Virus record (IMG/VR): IMGVR_UViG_3300045988_137242
Length of the DNA stretch: 64,000 nucleotides
Reading direction: 5' to 3' (one strand)
From: a virus
Below the pieces are notes generated by a model that saw only the letters and a list, made by a program, of their open reading frames with translations, was not told the DNA's origin and did no database searches. This document shows positions 16,367 to 24,400 of this stretch, one piece after another (position 1 is the first letter of the stretch; every line of letters begins with the position of its first letter). The position numbers and the translations under genes are program-made.

Positions 16367-16621
16367 TTATAAAAGTGCTGATTTAAGTTTAGCTATAGCC
16401 TTTGATTTCGTCTCGGCATAGCACGGTATATTAATATCTCCATTCTCTCCGATGTATTCCGCCGCTGTCCACTTGTAGTAGTAGTCCTGTGCATCATACT
16501 GGTATTTCGCTTCTTGGATTGTGTCGAACTCATCACATGGAGAGTCGGTCAGCTTGTCAAATACGGTAACGAAGACTTCTATCTTCACATTCCTACCGTT
16601 CACTTTAATCTCTCTTGCCAT
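16367..16621 (-). CDS. hypothetical protein
   Basis: 84-aa ORF with an AGGAGA-like leader. Confidence 0.5.
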   Translation of the reverse strand: MAREIKVNGRNVKIEVFVTVFDKLTDSPCDEFDTIQEAKYQYDAQDYYYKWTAAEYIGENGDINIPCYAETKSKAIAKLKSALL

Positions 16622-16636
16622 TTTCTTGTCTCCTAT

Positions 16637-16753
16637 TTACTTGGTTATTTTTGTTCTCATTATCTTTCTTGCTATACCTCTTGTTTCTTCGTTGGTGAAG
16701 AGAAGACGTATAACTTGTGAGTACTCCTTGTTTGTGATTTTAATTATTGTCAT
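16637..16753 (-). CDS. possible 38-aa leader ORF of the leftward operon
   Basis: ATG ACA ATA ... TAA reads MTIIKITNKEYSQVIRLLFTNEETRGIARKIMRTKITK. It is below the ORF-track cutoff. Confidence 0.25.
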   Translation of the reverse strand: MTIIKITNKEYSQVIRLLFTNEETRGIARKIMRTKITK

Positions 16754-16794
16754 ATCTTTAAGTTTTTATTTTCTGCTGCAAATGTAGCTATAAT

Positions 16795-16960
16795 ACGTTA
16801 CATTCACAAATAATTAACACGGAAATGTAACGTTTTAACGTTGAATTAACTAAAACACAATGTAATGTTAATATATTACTATAAATATTAACATGTAACG
16901 TATATAGGTTGTAAATTGCGTAATATTGTATATCTTTGCAAATTGTATATAATGTAACGT
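16795..16960. promoter_or_regulatory. operator-like array of ATGTAACGT sites
   Basis: Perfect direct copies at 16825-16833, 16893-16901 and 16952-16960. One-mismatch copy at 16860-16868. Inverted copy at 16795-16803. The array lies in the divergent region between the leftward operon and the XRE gene. Confidence 0.45.
16931..16938 (+). promoter_or_regulatory. candidate -7 box TATCTTTG for the XRE operon
   Basis: Matches TAnnTTTG, lies 30 nt upstream of the ATG at 16968, and is flanked by two ATTGTATAT repeats. Confidence 0.4.
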
Positions 16961-16967
16961 AATAAGT

Positions 16968-17258
16968 ATGAGAATAAAAGAAGTAATGAAGTCACACGGC
17001 ATCACTCAAGAAGAACTTGCCGCACGCATGGATATTAATAGAGTGTCGGTAAATCGTCTGTTGAGTGAAAAAAATGATATGCGTATGTCTACACTTCAAA
17101 AATTTGCAGACGCTATTGGTTGTCGTGTGACTGAACTTATAGAAGAAAGAAGTGAAGAATTCACGGCATTTATCAAGTATAAGGATATACATTATACTGC
17201 CGATTCGCTTGCCGAATTAAATAAAATAGTTGAGGAATTAAATATTATTGCAAAATGA
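16968..17258 (+). CDS. XRE-family HTH transcriptional regulator
   Basis: 96 aa. GITQEELAARMDINRVSVNRLLSEKNDMRMSTLQKFADAIG is a classic XRE HTH. Confidence 0.75.
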   Translation: MRIKEVMKSHGITQEELAARMDINRVSVNRLLSEKNDMRMSTLQKFADAIGCRVTELIEERSEEFTAFIKYKDIHYTADSLAELNKIVEELNIIAK

Positions 17259-17845
17259 AAAAGTTTTTTTTATGTATGATGTGCTTATTTGCTCTGTGCG
17301 GATATGCGCAAGAAGATGAGGATGATTTAATCGGTGGCAAGCGTTATAATGAATGGCTCGCAAATCTGACATGCACGGAAGTTTGCGGTGTTCGTTTTGG
17401 CTCGCAATATGAAACCGCAAAAGAAGTATTGCAAAATAAGTTCGGAAGTCCAGATTATACCCTTACAGACGAAAACCAAATAGTATATAACTATAAGACG
17501 TATGGCGGTATTGCTTTTTCGACAATTGTCTTTGCTTTTCAACGGAACAACAATAATAGCTACATGAATCAATGTGTTATGTTGATAGACTGCAAAACCG
17601 CGCAAGAAGTAAAAGAGAAAAGGGATTATATATTTTCTAAGGTGATAGAAAAATATGGTACATGGAATGAATATATTGACAAGAATGGATTTAAATATTA
17701 TCAAAGTGGTATATCGCCATTAGGCGGTGAAATAGGTAGTGGGTTCGATATTGACGTGATGAAATATAACAAGCCGTACAACGGATATAATTACTTTGCA
17801 CGTATAATATACGGACCATACAACTACATACACGAAGAGTTTTGA
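17255..17845 (+). CDS. secreted protein of unknown function
   Basis: 196 aa. Start overlaps the XRE stop (ATGA). Signal peptide MKKFFLCMMCLFALCGYAQ. Confidence 0.55.
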   Translation: MKKFFLCMMCLFALCGYAQEDEDDLIGGKRYNEWLANLTCTEVCGVRFGSQYETAKEVLQNKFGSPDYTLTDENQIVYNYKTYGGIAFSTIVFAFQRNNNNSYMNQCVMLIDCKTAQEVKEKRDYIFSKVIEKYGTWNEYIDKNGFKYYQSGISPLGGEIGSGFDIDVMKYNKPYNGYNYFARIIYGPYNYIHEEF

Positions 17846-17957
17846 TGCGCAGCCATGGGGGACGGTGCTCCGCACCGTGGGGGCTCGCCCCCTTATCCCC
17901 TCCTCGTTTTGTTGTTCCCTCCTCCATGTGTAGATAAAGAGGGAAGAAGTAAAGGAG

Positions 17958-18001
17958 ACAAGCAGATACAAGGCAAACAAGACAAAACAAGCGAAAACAA
18001 G
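17958..18001 (+). repeat. five helically phased ACAAG repeats
   Basis: ACAAG begins at 17958, 17968, 17977, 17987 and 17997 (spacing 10, 9, 10, 10) in a T-poor purine/A-rich tract. Confidence 0.6.
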
Positions 18002-18115
18002 CACCTTGATTAAGTCAAACGTAAAACAAAACGTCCAACACCGAAAAATCAGCGCAAAAACAGCGAAAATCATATAACATTCATGCACGTGCGTACCTTA
18101 TTATATAGAGAAGTG

Positions 18116-18214
18116 AAAAATTGCGAAAAATATTGACAGAAAAGCAGGAGAAAAGCACGAAAAATCAACGGAAAAACAGAACAATCGAGATTTGAAAGAA
18201 AAATTGCGAAAAAT
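18116..18214 (+). repeat. 16-nt perfect direct repeat AAAAATTGCGAAAAAT (two copies)
   Basis: Copies at 18116-18131 and 18199-18214. Confidence 0.6.
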
Positions 18215-18266
18215 GCTTGTACTCACCCTCGGAGAGATTTTGACTAACACTTTAAAAATCAAATGG

Positions 18267-18284
18267 TTGTAAAAATTTTTACAA
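18267..18284. promoter_or_regulatory. 18-bp perfect palindrome TTGTAAAAATTTTTACAA
   Basis: Self-complementary by inspection, within the non-coding region upstream of the rightward virion operon. Confidence 0.4.
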
Positions 18285-18447
18285 TTTATAAAAATCGTAG
18301 AGTAGTATACAAATCGGGCTTGTTTTTAACGGAAATTAGGGGAAAAAGAGGACAATTTTGGCTCCGACAAAGAAAAATGTTTACAAAGCGGTGGGGAAAA
18401 CGTGGGTTGGGAGACGAGTTTATGAGGTATTTTTTAGCGTATTTTTG

Positions 18448-18507
18448 GCGCATTAAGGCGCAATTGAGCGTGTTTAAGCGCAATTTGGGCGCAATATAAA
18501 GCGCAAT
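18448..18507 (+). repeat. iteron-like GCGCA(A/T)T array
   Basis: GCGCA starts at 18448, 18458, 18478, 18489 and 18501 (spacing 10, 20, 11, 12), immediately upstream of the 18538 ORF. Confidence 0.55.
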
Positions 18508-18537
18508 AATGGAATAGAATGCTAAAAAATACAAGAT

Positions 18538-19281
18538 ATGAGAGAGATTAATTGGATATGTAGGAGAGAGTTGAGCGTGGCTCCTGTATTAGGGGACAGA
18601 CTTAACTGGGTGGCTACGGCTGCGGCTTTAGGACTTGGTGCGCTGTCGGCAGGAACTTCCGTGGCAGGTGGGCTGTTGTCTCGCAATGCGGCAAAAAAAG
18701 CGGCAAGACAGGTTAAGTACAGACGCAATGCGGAGAAGGCATGGTATGATAAGGAGTATAACACGGACTACATTGATACGAAGGCAGGGCAAAACCTTAT
18801 GAGACGTGCGCAAGAGGTACAGGATAAGTATGTCAAGCGTGCAGAGGGTGCTGCTGCTGTTGGTGGCGGTACGGATGCTTCTGTTGCTCTTGCCAAAGAG
18901 AACGCTAACAAGGCGGTGAGTGATACGATTGCGAACGTTGCTGCACAGGACACGGCACGTAAGCAGAGAGTAGCTGACCAACATCTTGCTAACAATAACG
19001 TTATCTCTGCGCAATCGCAACAGGTAGAGCAGAGTAAAGCGGATGCAACGGCAGGGGCTGCACAAGGTGCGTCGAATGCTGCGGCAAGTGCGGCAATCCT
19101 TGTGGGGTTACAACCTAACAAGGCTAATGCGGTGAGTGATAGCAAGTTAGCAGGTAAGGATGCGGCAGTTGGTAACACAGATGTAACACAACAGCCACAA
19201 AGCACCTCTTCTCCTGTAGATAATGTGCCTTCGCTTGATGATGCGGTAGGAGTAAGCAGGAGTAAGACGAGGTATCTGTAG
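18538..19281 (+). CDS. virion/ejection-protein candidate with hydrophobic N-terminus
   Basis: 247 aa. An alternative GTG start at 18577 is preceded by AGGAGA. N-terminal WVATAAALGLGALSAGTSVAGGLL is followed by an A/Q/N-rich low-complexity region. It is the first gene of the operon that ends with the giant ORF. Confidence 0.5.
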   Translation: MREINWICRRELSVAPVLGDRLNWVATAAALGLGALSAGTSVAGGLLSRNAAKKAARQVKYRRNAEKAWYDKEYNTDYIDTKAGQNLMRRAQEVQDKYVKRAEGAAAVGGGTDASVALAKENANKAVSDTIANVAAQDTARKQRVADQHLANNNVISAQSQQVEQSKADATAGAAQGASNAAASAAILVGLQPNKANAVSDSKLAGKDAAVGNTDVTQQPQSTSSPVDNVPSLDDAVGVSRSKTRYL

Positions 19282-19440
19282 CCGTGAGGTGGTGGAGTGG
19301 TGAGCGATGTCACGAGGTGGCGATGGCTGACGAGACGGTGAGGCATGAGGCAGGGTGATAGGCGACCCAAAGGGGTACACCCCCTTGACCACCGCTGCGA
19401 ATTATAGTGGATAAATACATAAATAAAAACCCACCATCCC

Positions 19441-19498
19441 CCCCCACCCCTATCTTCCAAAATCGGTTTTCCGATTTCCCCCACCCCTAAAAAATCGG
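19441..19498 (+). repeat. C-rich direct repeat CCCCCACCCCTA ... AAAATCGG (two copies)
   Basis: CCCCCACCCCTA at 19441-19452 and 19478-19489, each followed by AAAATCGG. A hairpin AAATCGG-TTTT-CCGATTT lies between them. A C8 run at 19438-19445 overlaps the first copy. Confidence 0.5.
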
Positions 19499-19544
19499 AG
19501 TATGTTAAAACGTTTAACAATTAATTAATAAGGACAATATCGAT

Positions 19545-20069
19545 ATGAGCAAGAGAACAATCAAGAATAACAGTAATAGTAAGGAGTTTGAGAAAGCCAA
19601 AGGCAAGTGTTTTTTTTCGTTCTATGATGTAGACAATGATTGTGAAGGTGATAAGTCTTTGCATAATAAGGAGAGAAGCAGTAAGAAGATTAAATTGCGT
19701 ATTGACCCGAACGTTGAGATTTTCAAGATGTTCATTGATAGGGTTAAGGAAGATGGCGAGAAGGAGGGCAATGCGGTTGTTGATAATTCGGCATTGAAGG
19801 AAGCGGCAAGGCAGTTCAATGATGCCATGTTGGATGAGTTGCAGGACAGGTTGAAGAGACAGGCGAGTGTTTATGATCGTGTTGTTGAGACTTTGTTTGG
19901 CGAGCTGAACCGTTTGCGTGGTCGCATTAAGGAGCTTGAGAATTCTTTGTTGGAGAAGGATGAGGTTCTTGATGATGTGATTGAGGAGTTGGCAGACAAG
20001 GAAAGGCAGTTGTCGGCTGTTCGTGATGCTGTTGGTTATGGTGTTGATGTCAAGTGTGATGAGTTATGA
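19545..20069 (+). CDS. coiled-coil protein
   Basis: 174 aa, with a charged heptad-like C-terminal half (LRGRIKELENSLLEKDEVLDDVIEELADKERQL). Confidence 0.55.
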   Translation: MSKRTIKNNSNSKEFEKAKGKCFFSFYDVDNDCEGDKSLHNKERSSKKIKLRIDPNVEIFKMFIDRVKEDGEKEGNAVVDNSALKEAARQFNDAMLDELQDRLKRQASVYDRVVETLFGELNRLRGRIKELENSLLEKDEVLDDVIEELADKERQLSAVRDAVGYGVDVKCDEL

Positions 20070-21388
20070 TATATCAGGATGTGAATAATAATAATGGCAA
20101 TAACAATGGGAATGGTGTTGTTCAACAGCCAGTTCAGCCTCAGCAGCAGCAGCCTAATAAGGTTGCGATAAGTGAGCCTGCCCCTATGGTTCAACAGGCG
20201 GCTCAACAGAGTTTTGCCATGAATAATTTTTTCAATGGCGGCAATAGGGCGGTTGGCAGGTTTGAGAATCCGAATGTTGTGAATCCTCCTTTGGTGAATG
20301 CCGGTGAGAGTGTTCCTGAGCAGCCGAAGAATCCAGCTCCTGTGACAGATGAACCTTCTCATGCTCCGAGTTGGGAGGAGATGGACAACATGGCTCAGGA
20401 CAATGTCAACAATAGCAATGATGGTGGCGGCAGTAGTCTTTCTCTTTCGGATGTATTGAATGGAGGTAGTGGTAATGCAAGCCGTGACGAGAAGTCACAG
20501 TTTGTTGCGGAGCCAGAGAAGAAGGATGGTGGTTTCTTCAAGTGGATAAAGGGTCTGTTGCCGAAGAGCCGTCCGGGCATGAGGGAAGGCGAGACAGAGG
20601 ACGAGTATGACAGACGGAGGACACGTAACATGCAGATGGTGGCGACGCTTGCAGATGCGATACGCCATATCGGCAATATCGTGAATACATCGAAGGGTGC
20701 GACACAGCAGAAGTTCAATAGTCCAGTGGAGTTGTTGGAGCAGGGTTATCAGCAGCGTAAGGCAGAGCGTCAGAAGCAGGCGGCGTTGGATGCGGATGCG
20801 GCTTACAAGCTTGCGGATTTGAGTTTGAAGGAGAAGGCGGCAGAGGCTAACCGTTCGTATAAGGACTTCGCCAGACAGATGAATGTAGCTAAGTTCGGCT
20901 ATCAGCAGGCAAAGGATGAGGCAGAGCGAAAGCGCAGGGCAGAACGAGATGCGGAGAATAAGGACTATAAGGAGAGAGTTTTTGCGCACAGGAAGGAGCA
21001 GGATAAGATTTCCAATAGTTTAAGACAGCAGTCCATCAACAAGCGTGGCAGCGGTGGTGGAGGAAAGAAAGGCGGTTCCTCTTCGCATAAATACGTTACT
21101 TGGGATGCAGACGGTAATCCTCATTATGCAGAGAATAAGACGATGTATGAAGCCAATGAAGCCTATTACAACGGAAATACAGGAGGCAAGACCTCACGTT
21201 CGGTAAGCAAGGAGAACGTAACAAGCAAGGGCTTGGAGAGAGTTACAAACCGAACGTCCGGTCCATCTGTTGCTCAACAGGCAGGAGCACAGAGAAGAAA
21301 GCGTGATGAAGCGAGGAGAGCAGCCAAGCCAAAGCAGAAAGGCAAGAGTAGTGGTAAGAAAGGCTGGGCATCCGGTTTTAAATTATAA
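20066..21388 (+). CDS. low-complexity basic protein (internal virion protein candidate)
   Basis: 440 aa. ATGA overlap with the upstream gene. N/Q-rich N-terminus, K/R/E-rich centre, and a GGGKKGG tail. Confidence 0.6.
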   Translation: MIYQDVNNNNGNNNGNGVVQQPVQPQQQQPNKVAISEPAPMVQQAAQQSFAMNNFFNGGNRAVGRFENPNVVNPPLVNAGESVPEQPKNPAPVTDEPSHAPSWEEMDNMAQDNVNNSNDGGGSSLSLSDVLNGGSGNASRDEKSQFVAEPEKKDGGFFKWIKGLLPKSRPGMREGETEDEYDRRRTRNMQMVATLADAIRHIGNIVNTSKGATQQKFNSPVELLEQGYQQRKAERQKQAALDADAAYKLADLSLKEKAAEANRSYKDFARQMNVAKFGYQQAKDEAERKRRAERDAENKDYKERVFAHRKEQDKISNSLRQQSINKRGSGGGGKKGGSSSHKYVTWDADGNPHYAENKTMYEANEAYYNGNTGGKTSRSVSKENVTSKGLERVTNRTSGPSVAQQAGAQRRKRDEARRAAKPKQKGKSSGKKGWASGFKL

Positions 21389-21406
21389 TCAAAAGAGAGA
21401 AAAGCA

Positions 21407-24400
21407 ATGGCAATAGATAGAACGAAATTAAAGCAGATACACAATCTGTTGGCGCAGAACGGTTTTGCGCAGGACTATTCTACGTTTGAGAAGAAGTTTG
21501 CTGGTAATGCAAATTACGGCAACCGCAAGAAGGTTTATGACCTTATCACTGAGAATGGCGGTGATATAGGCGGTTCGTATGAAGATTTCATGAAAAGGAT
21601 TCAATCGAAGCCTCAGACTACTTCTCAGAGAGCGATGCAGTTTGGTGGTAGGCAGTTGCCGAAGCCTAAGCGTGCTCCGAGTAACGCTTCTCCATTCGTG
21701 CAGTCGCTGTATGCGAAGGATATGGCGGAGCGAGGTGAGCAGCAGCCTACGGACTATGTGAGCAAGAGAGAGGACTACACTTCTCCGAAGGCTGTTCAGA
21801 ACATGAGCAGGAGAAGTCAGATGGCAGGCAGGAATGCGGCTAAGTCGGCTGCAAAGGAGATAGACAAGCAGTATATGCAGTCGCAGCCAGTGATGAATAC
21901 AGGAACTCCGGCAGATGAGTATGTAGGCAAGACAGAGAGACAGTTGGAGAAGCAGATGAGTGATGCTGCAGACCAATTTGTGAAGAACAATATGAGTAGC
22001 TACATTGCAAATGCAGTCTCTGGAGAACAGGATGCAGCCTTGCAGCGAGCACTCAATGCTACAGACAATGTTCCTTCAATGGCAGGATTGGGAGGAATGG
22101 GTCTGATGGTGAAAGGCAAGACTTTCAACGAACAGGTAGACCCGGATTTGATGATAAAGAATCTTGAAGGGAACTTGGATAAGAACTTGCAGAATATCTT
22201 TTCCAATCCGCAGGTTGCACAGAAGATAGAAGCAGATGCAAGAAATCTTGGTGTTTCAGTAGATACATATATCCAACGTATAGTGCCAAGCTTGCGGAAT
22301 AGTCTTGCCAATGCTCTTAATGAATCGGAATATCAAAGAGCTTTGCCTAAGAATATGCTTGACAATGTAGCAAACAGATTTATCAATTCAAATACGTTGG
22401 GCAAGATGATTAGGCTTGCCACACAGACAAGGAGCCAGAGAGTCATGAACGAACAGGCTATGGCAGCAACGGCAGCAGGCGAGAATCCATATTACAAGAG
22501 CGGAGCAATAGAAAATGTTACGGCAGATGTTGGCGGTATGGTGCTTGATCCTGTTTTCGGTGGTGCCGCCAAGGGTGGTGCGATGGTAGCAGGCAAGTTG
22601 TTAGGCAGTGGAGCGAAAGCTGCAGCAGTAATGGCGAACGGCACGTTGGCGCAGCGTTTGGGTATGAAGGCTGCGCAGGCGGCGGTAGGTGGCGGAACAA
22701 CAGGTTTTTTATTTGATGCGACAAATTCCGTTGTTCAGAATTTCTCTACTGGTGAAGATACATCTTTGGGTAATACGTTGAAGACAGCAGTAACTGGCGG
22801 AGCAAAAGGTGCTGTGAATTTTGGCATTATGGGACTGACTGGAGTTCCTCTCGGAGAGCTTGGAAGAGGTGTCGGCATAAAGGCTGGCGGTTCATTCTGG
22901 GGTAATGTAGGAAGGGCGACAGGAAAGGTGAGCCTTGAAGCAGGCAAGACCTATATGGAAGCTATGGGAATGTATCTCGGCGGTTATGCAGTGGGTAAGC
23001 TTGAAGGAGCCAAGGATGCCAATGGCAAGCCTATAGAGTTTGACTTGTTTGACGGAACGTTGGAGAGTCTTCCTACGGCAATCGGTTTCCGTGTTCAGCA
23101 TGCACTTGGCGGTTTGAAGGGCGGCAGGAAGAATGCTAAGGGTGAAGATATAGGATGGTTGGGTTCTACTGTAGCGAACGTGAAGGAGTTTCTTACTTCC
23201 GACAAGGCGAAGACCTCGAACATGCTCATGAGCGAAGACGAGAGACAGCAGATATTCAATTCCGGGGCGCAGAACGGCGTGATGCGAGACGGAGAGAACA
23301 TAGTGAGCTATGCGAGGAGGACAAAGAAGAACAAACTCCACTATGATGATCCACGGACTTATGACGACCCTACAGGAAAGGAGAGCATAGAGTCAGACGT
23401 GGAGATGATGAAGAACACCTACGACCAGATAATGGCAGACCCGAAAGTATCTTGGGATGCAAAGGCGAAGTTCTCTGCAATGGTAATGGGTGTGATGCCC
23501 GATTCGCGTCCTATGATGGACTATTGCACGTTTACGACAGAGAAGGTAGGCGGTGACGAGGCAGGAGTGAAGAAGTATATCAACGAGTATTCTGCCGACG
23601 GTACGCTGTTGTCGAAGACAAGTTACGACAATGTAGACAAGAGAGAACAGGCGTTGTATAAGATGGCGATGACAAAGGAAGGTCAGAGGCTTTGGAACGT
23701 GATGGGTACGCTTGTGGGCATAGACAAGAACAACTATGACTACCAAAACGCTTTCTTTATGGAACGTGTGAAGGATGCGAAGGACGGTGCGGAGATACAG
23801 GCGTTTGCTGACGGAATGGGCACGAAGGGTTCGGCGGTGGAACAGGAGTTCACCAACTGGGTCTTGAACAACGGTTCGGTAATGAAGGCAATTGATGCGT
23901 TTGCCCAAGAGAGCGGCATGAAGAAAGAAGATGTTGTGAAGCTGATGAACAAAGACCCTTTGCACAGGACGGAGGAAGAGCAGCTGCTGTGCGTGAAGCT
24001 CCGCAGGGAGATGGAGAAACAGGCATTCCCTGCCGACAAGGTTCATGAGGAGCAGAGCAATCTGGAGGGTAAGGACGTAGCGGACGACAATAGCCTTGGT
24101 ACGGAGGAGCCTAATACAGGAGCCGTGGCAGAGCAGCTTGACAATCTCTCCAAGGCAGAAGAGGGTGTTGAGGCTCTGATGAGAGATAATGACGTGTTCG
24201 GAGACAACTTCAAGAAGATGCAGGAGGAGGGTATGACCAATCCTCAGATATACGACTGGATGATACAGAATGGCGGCATGACTCAGGAGCAGTTGAAGCC
24301 TTTTGCCGACTACATCAATGCCAATGCGAGGGTGCAGGGCATGCAGCAGCGGACGCAGCAGAAGATGGAGGAGCTTGTTGGCAAGGTGGTCCATGATTGG

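Noticed and set aside
18768-19520. 250-aa minus-strand ORF opposite the first virion-operon gene.
   Set aside because: It is an antisense shadow of an A/G-rich coding region, it extends through the C-rich intergenic repeats, and it has an implausible P/C/S/L composition.
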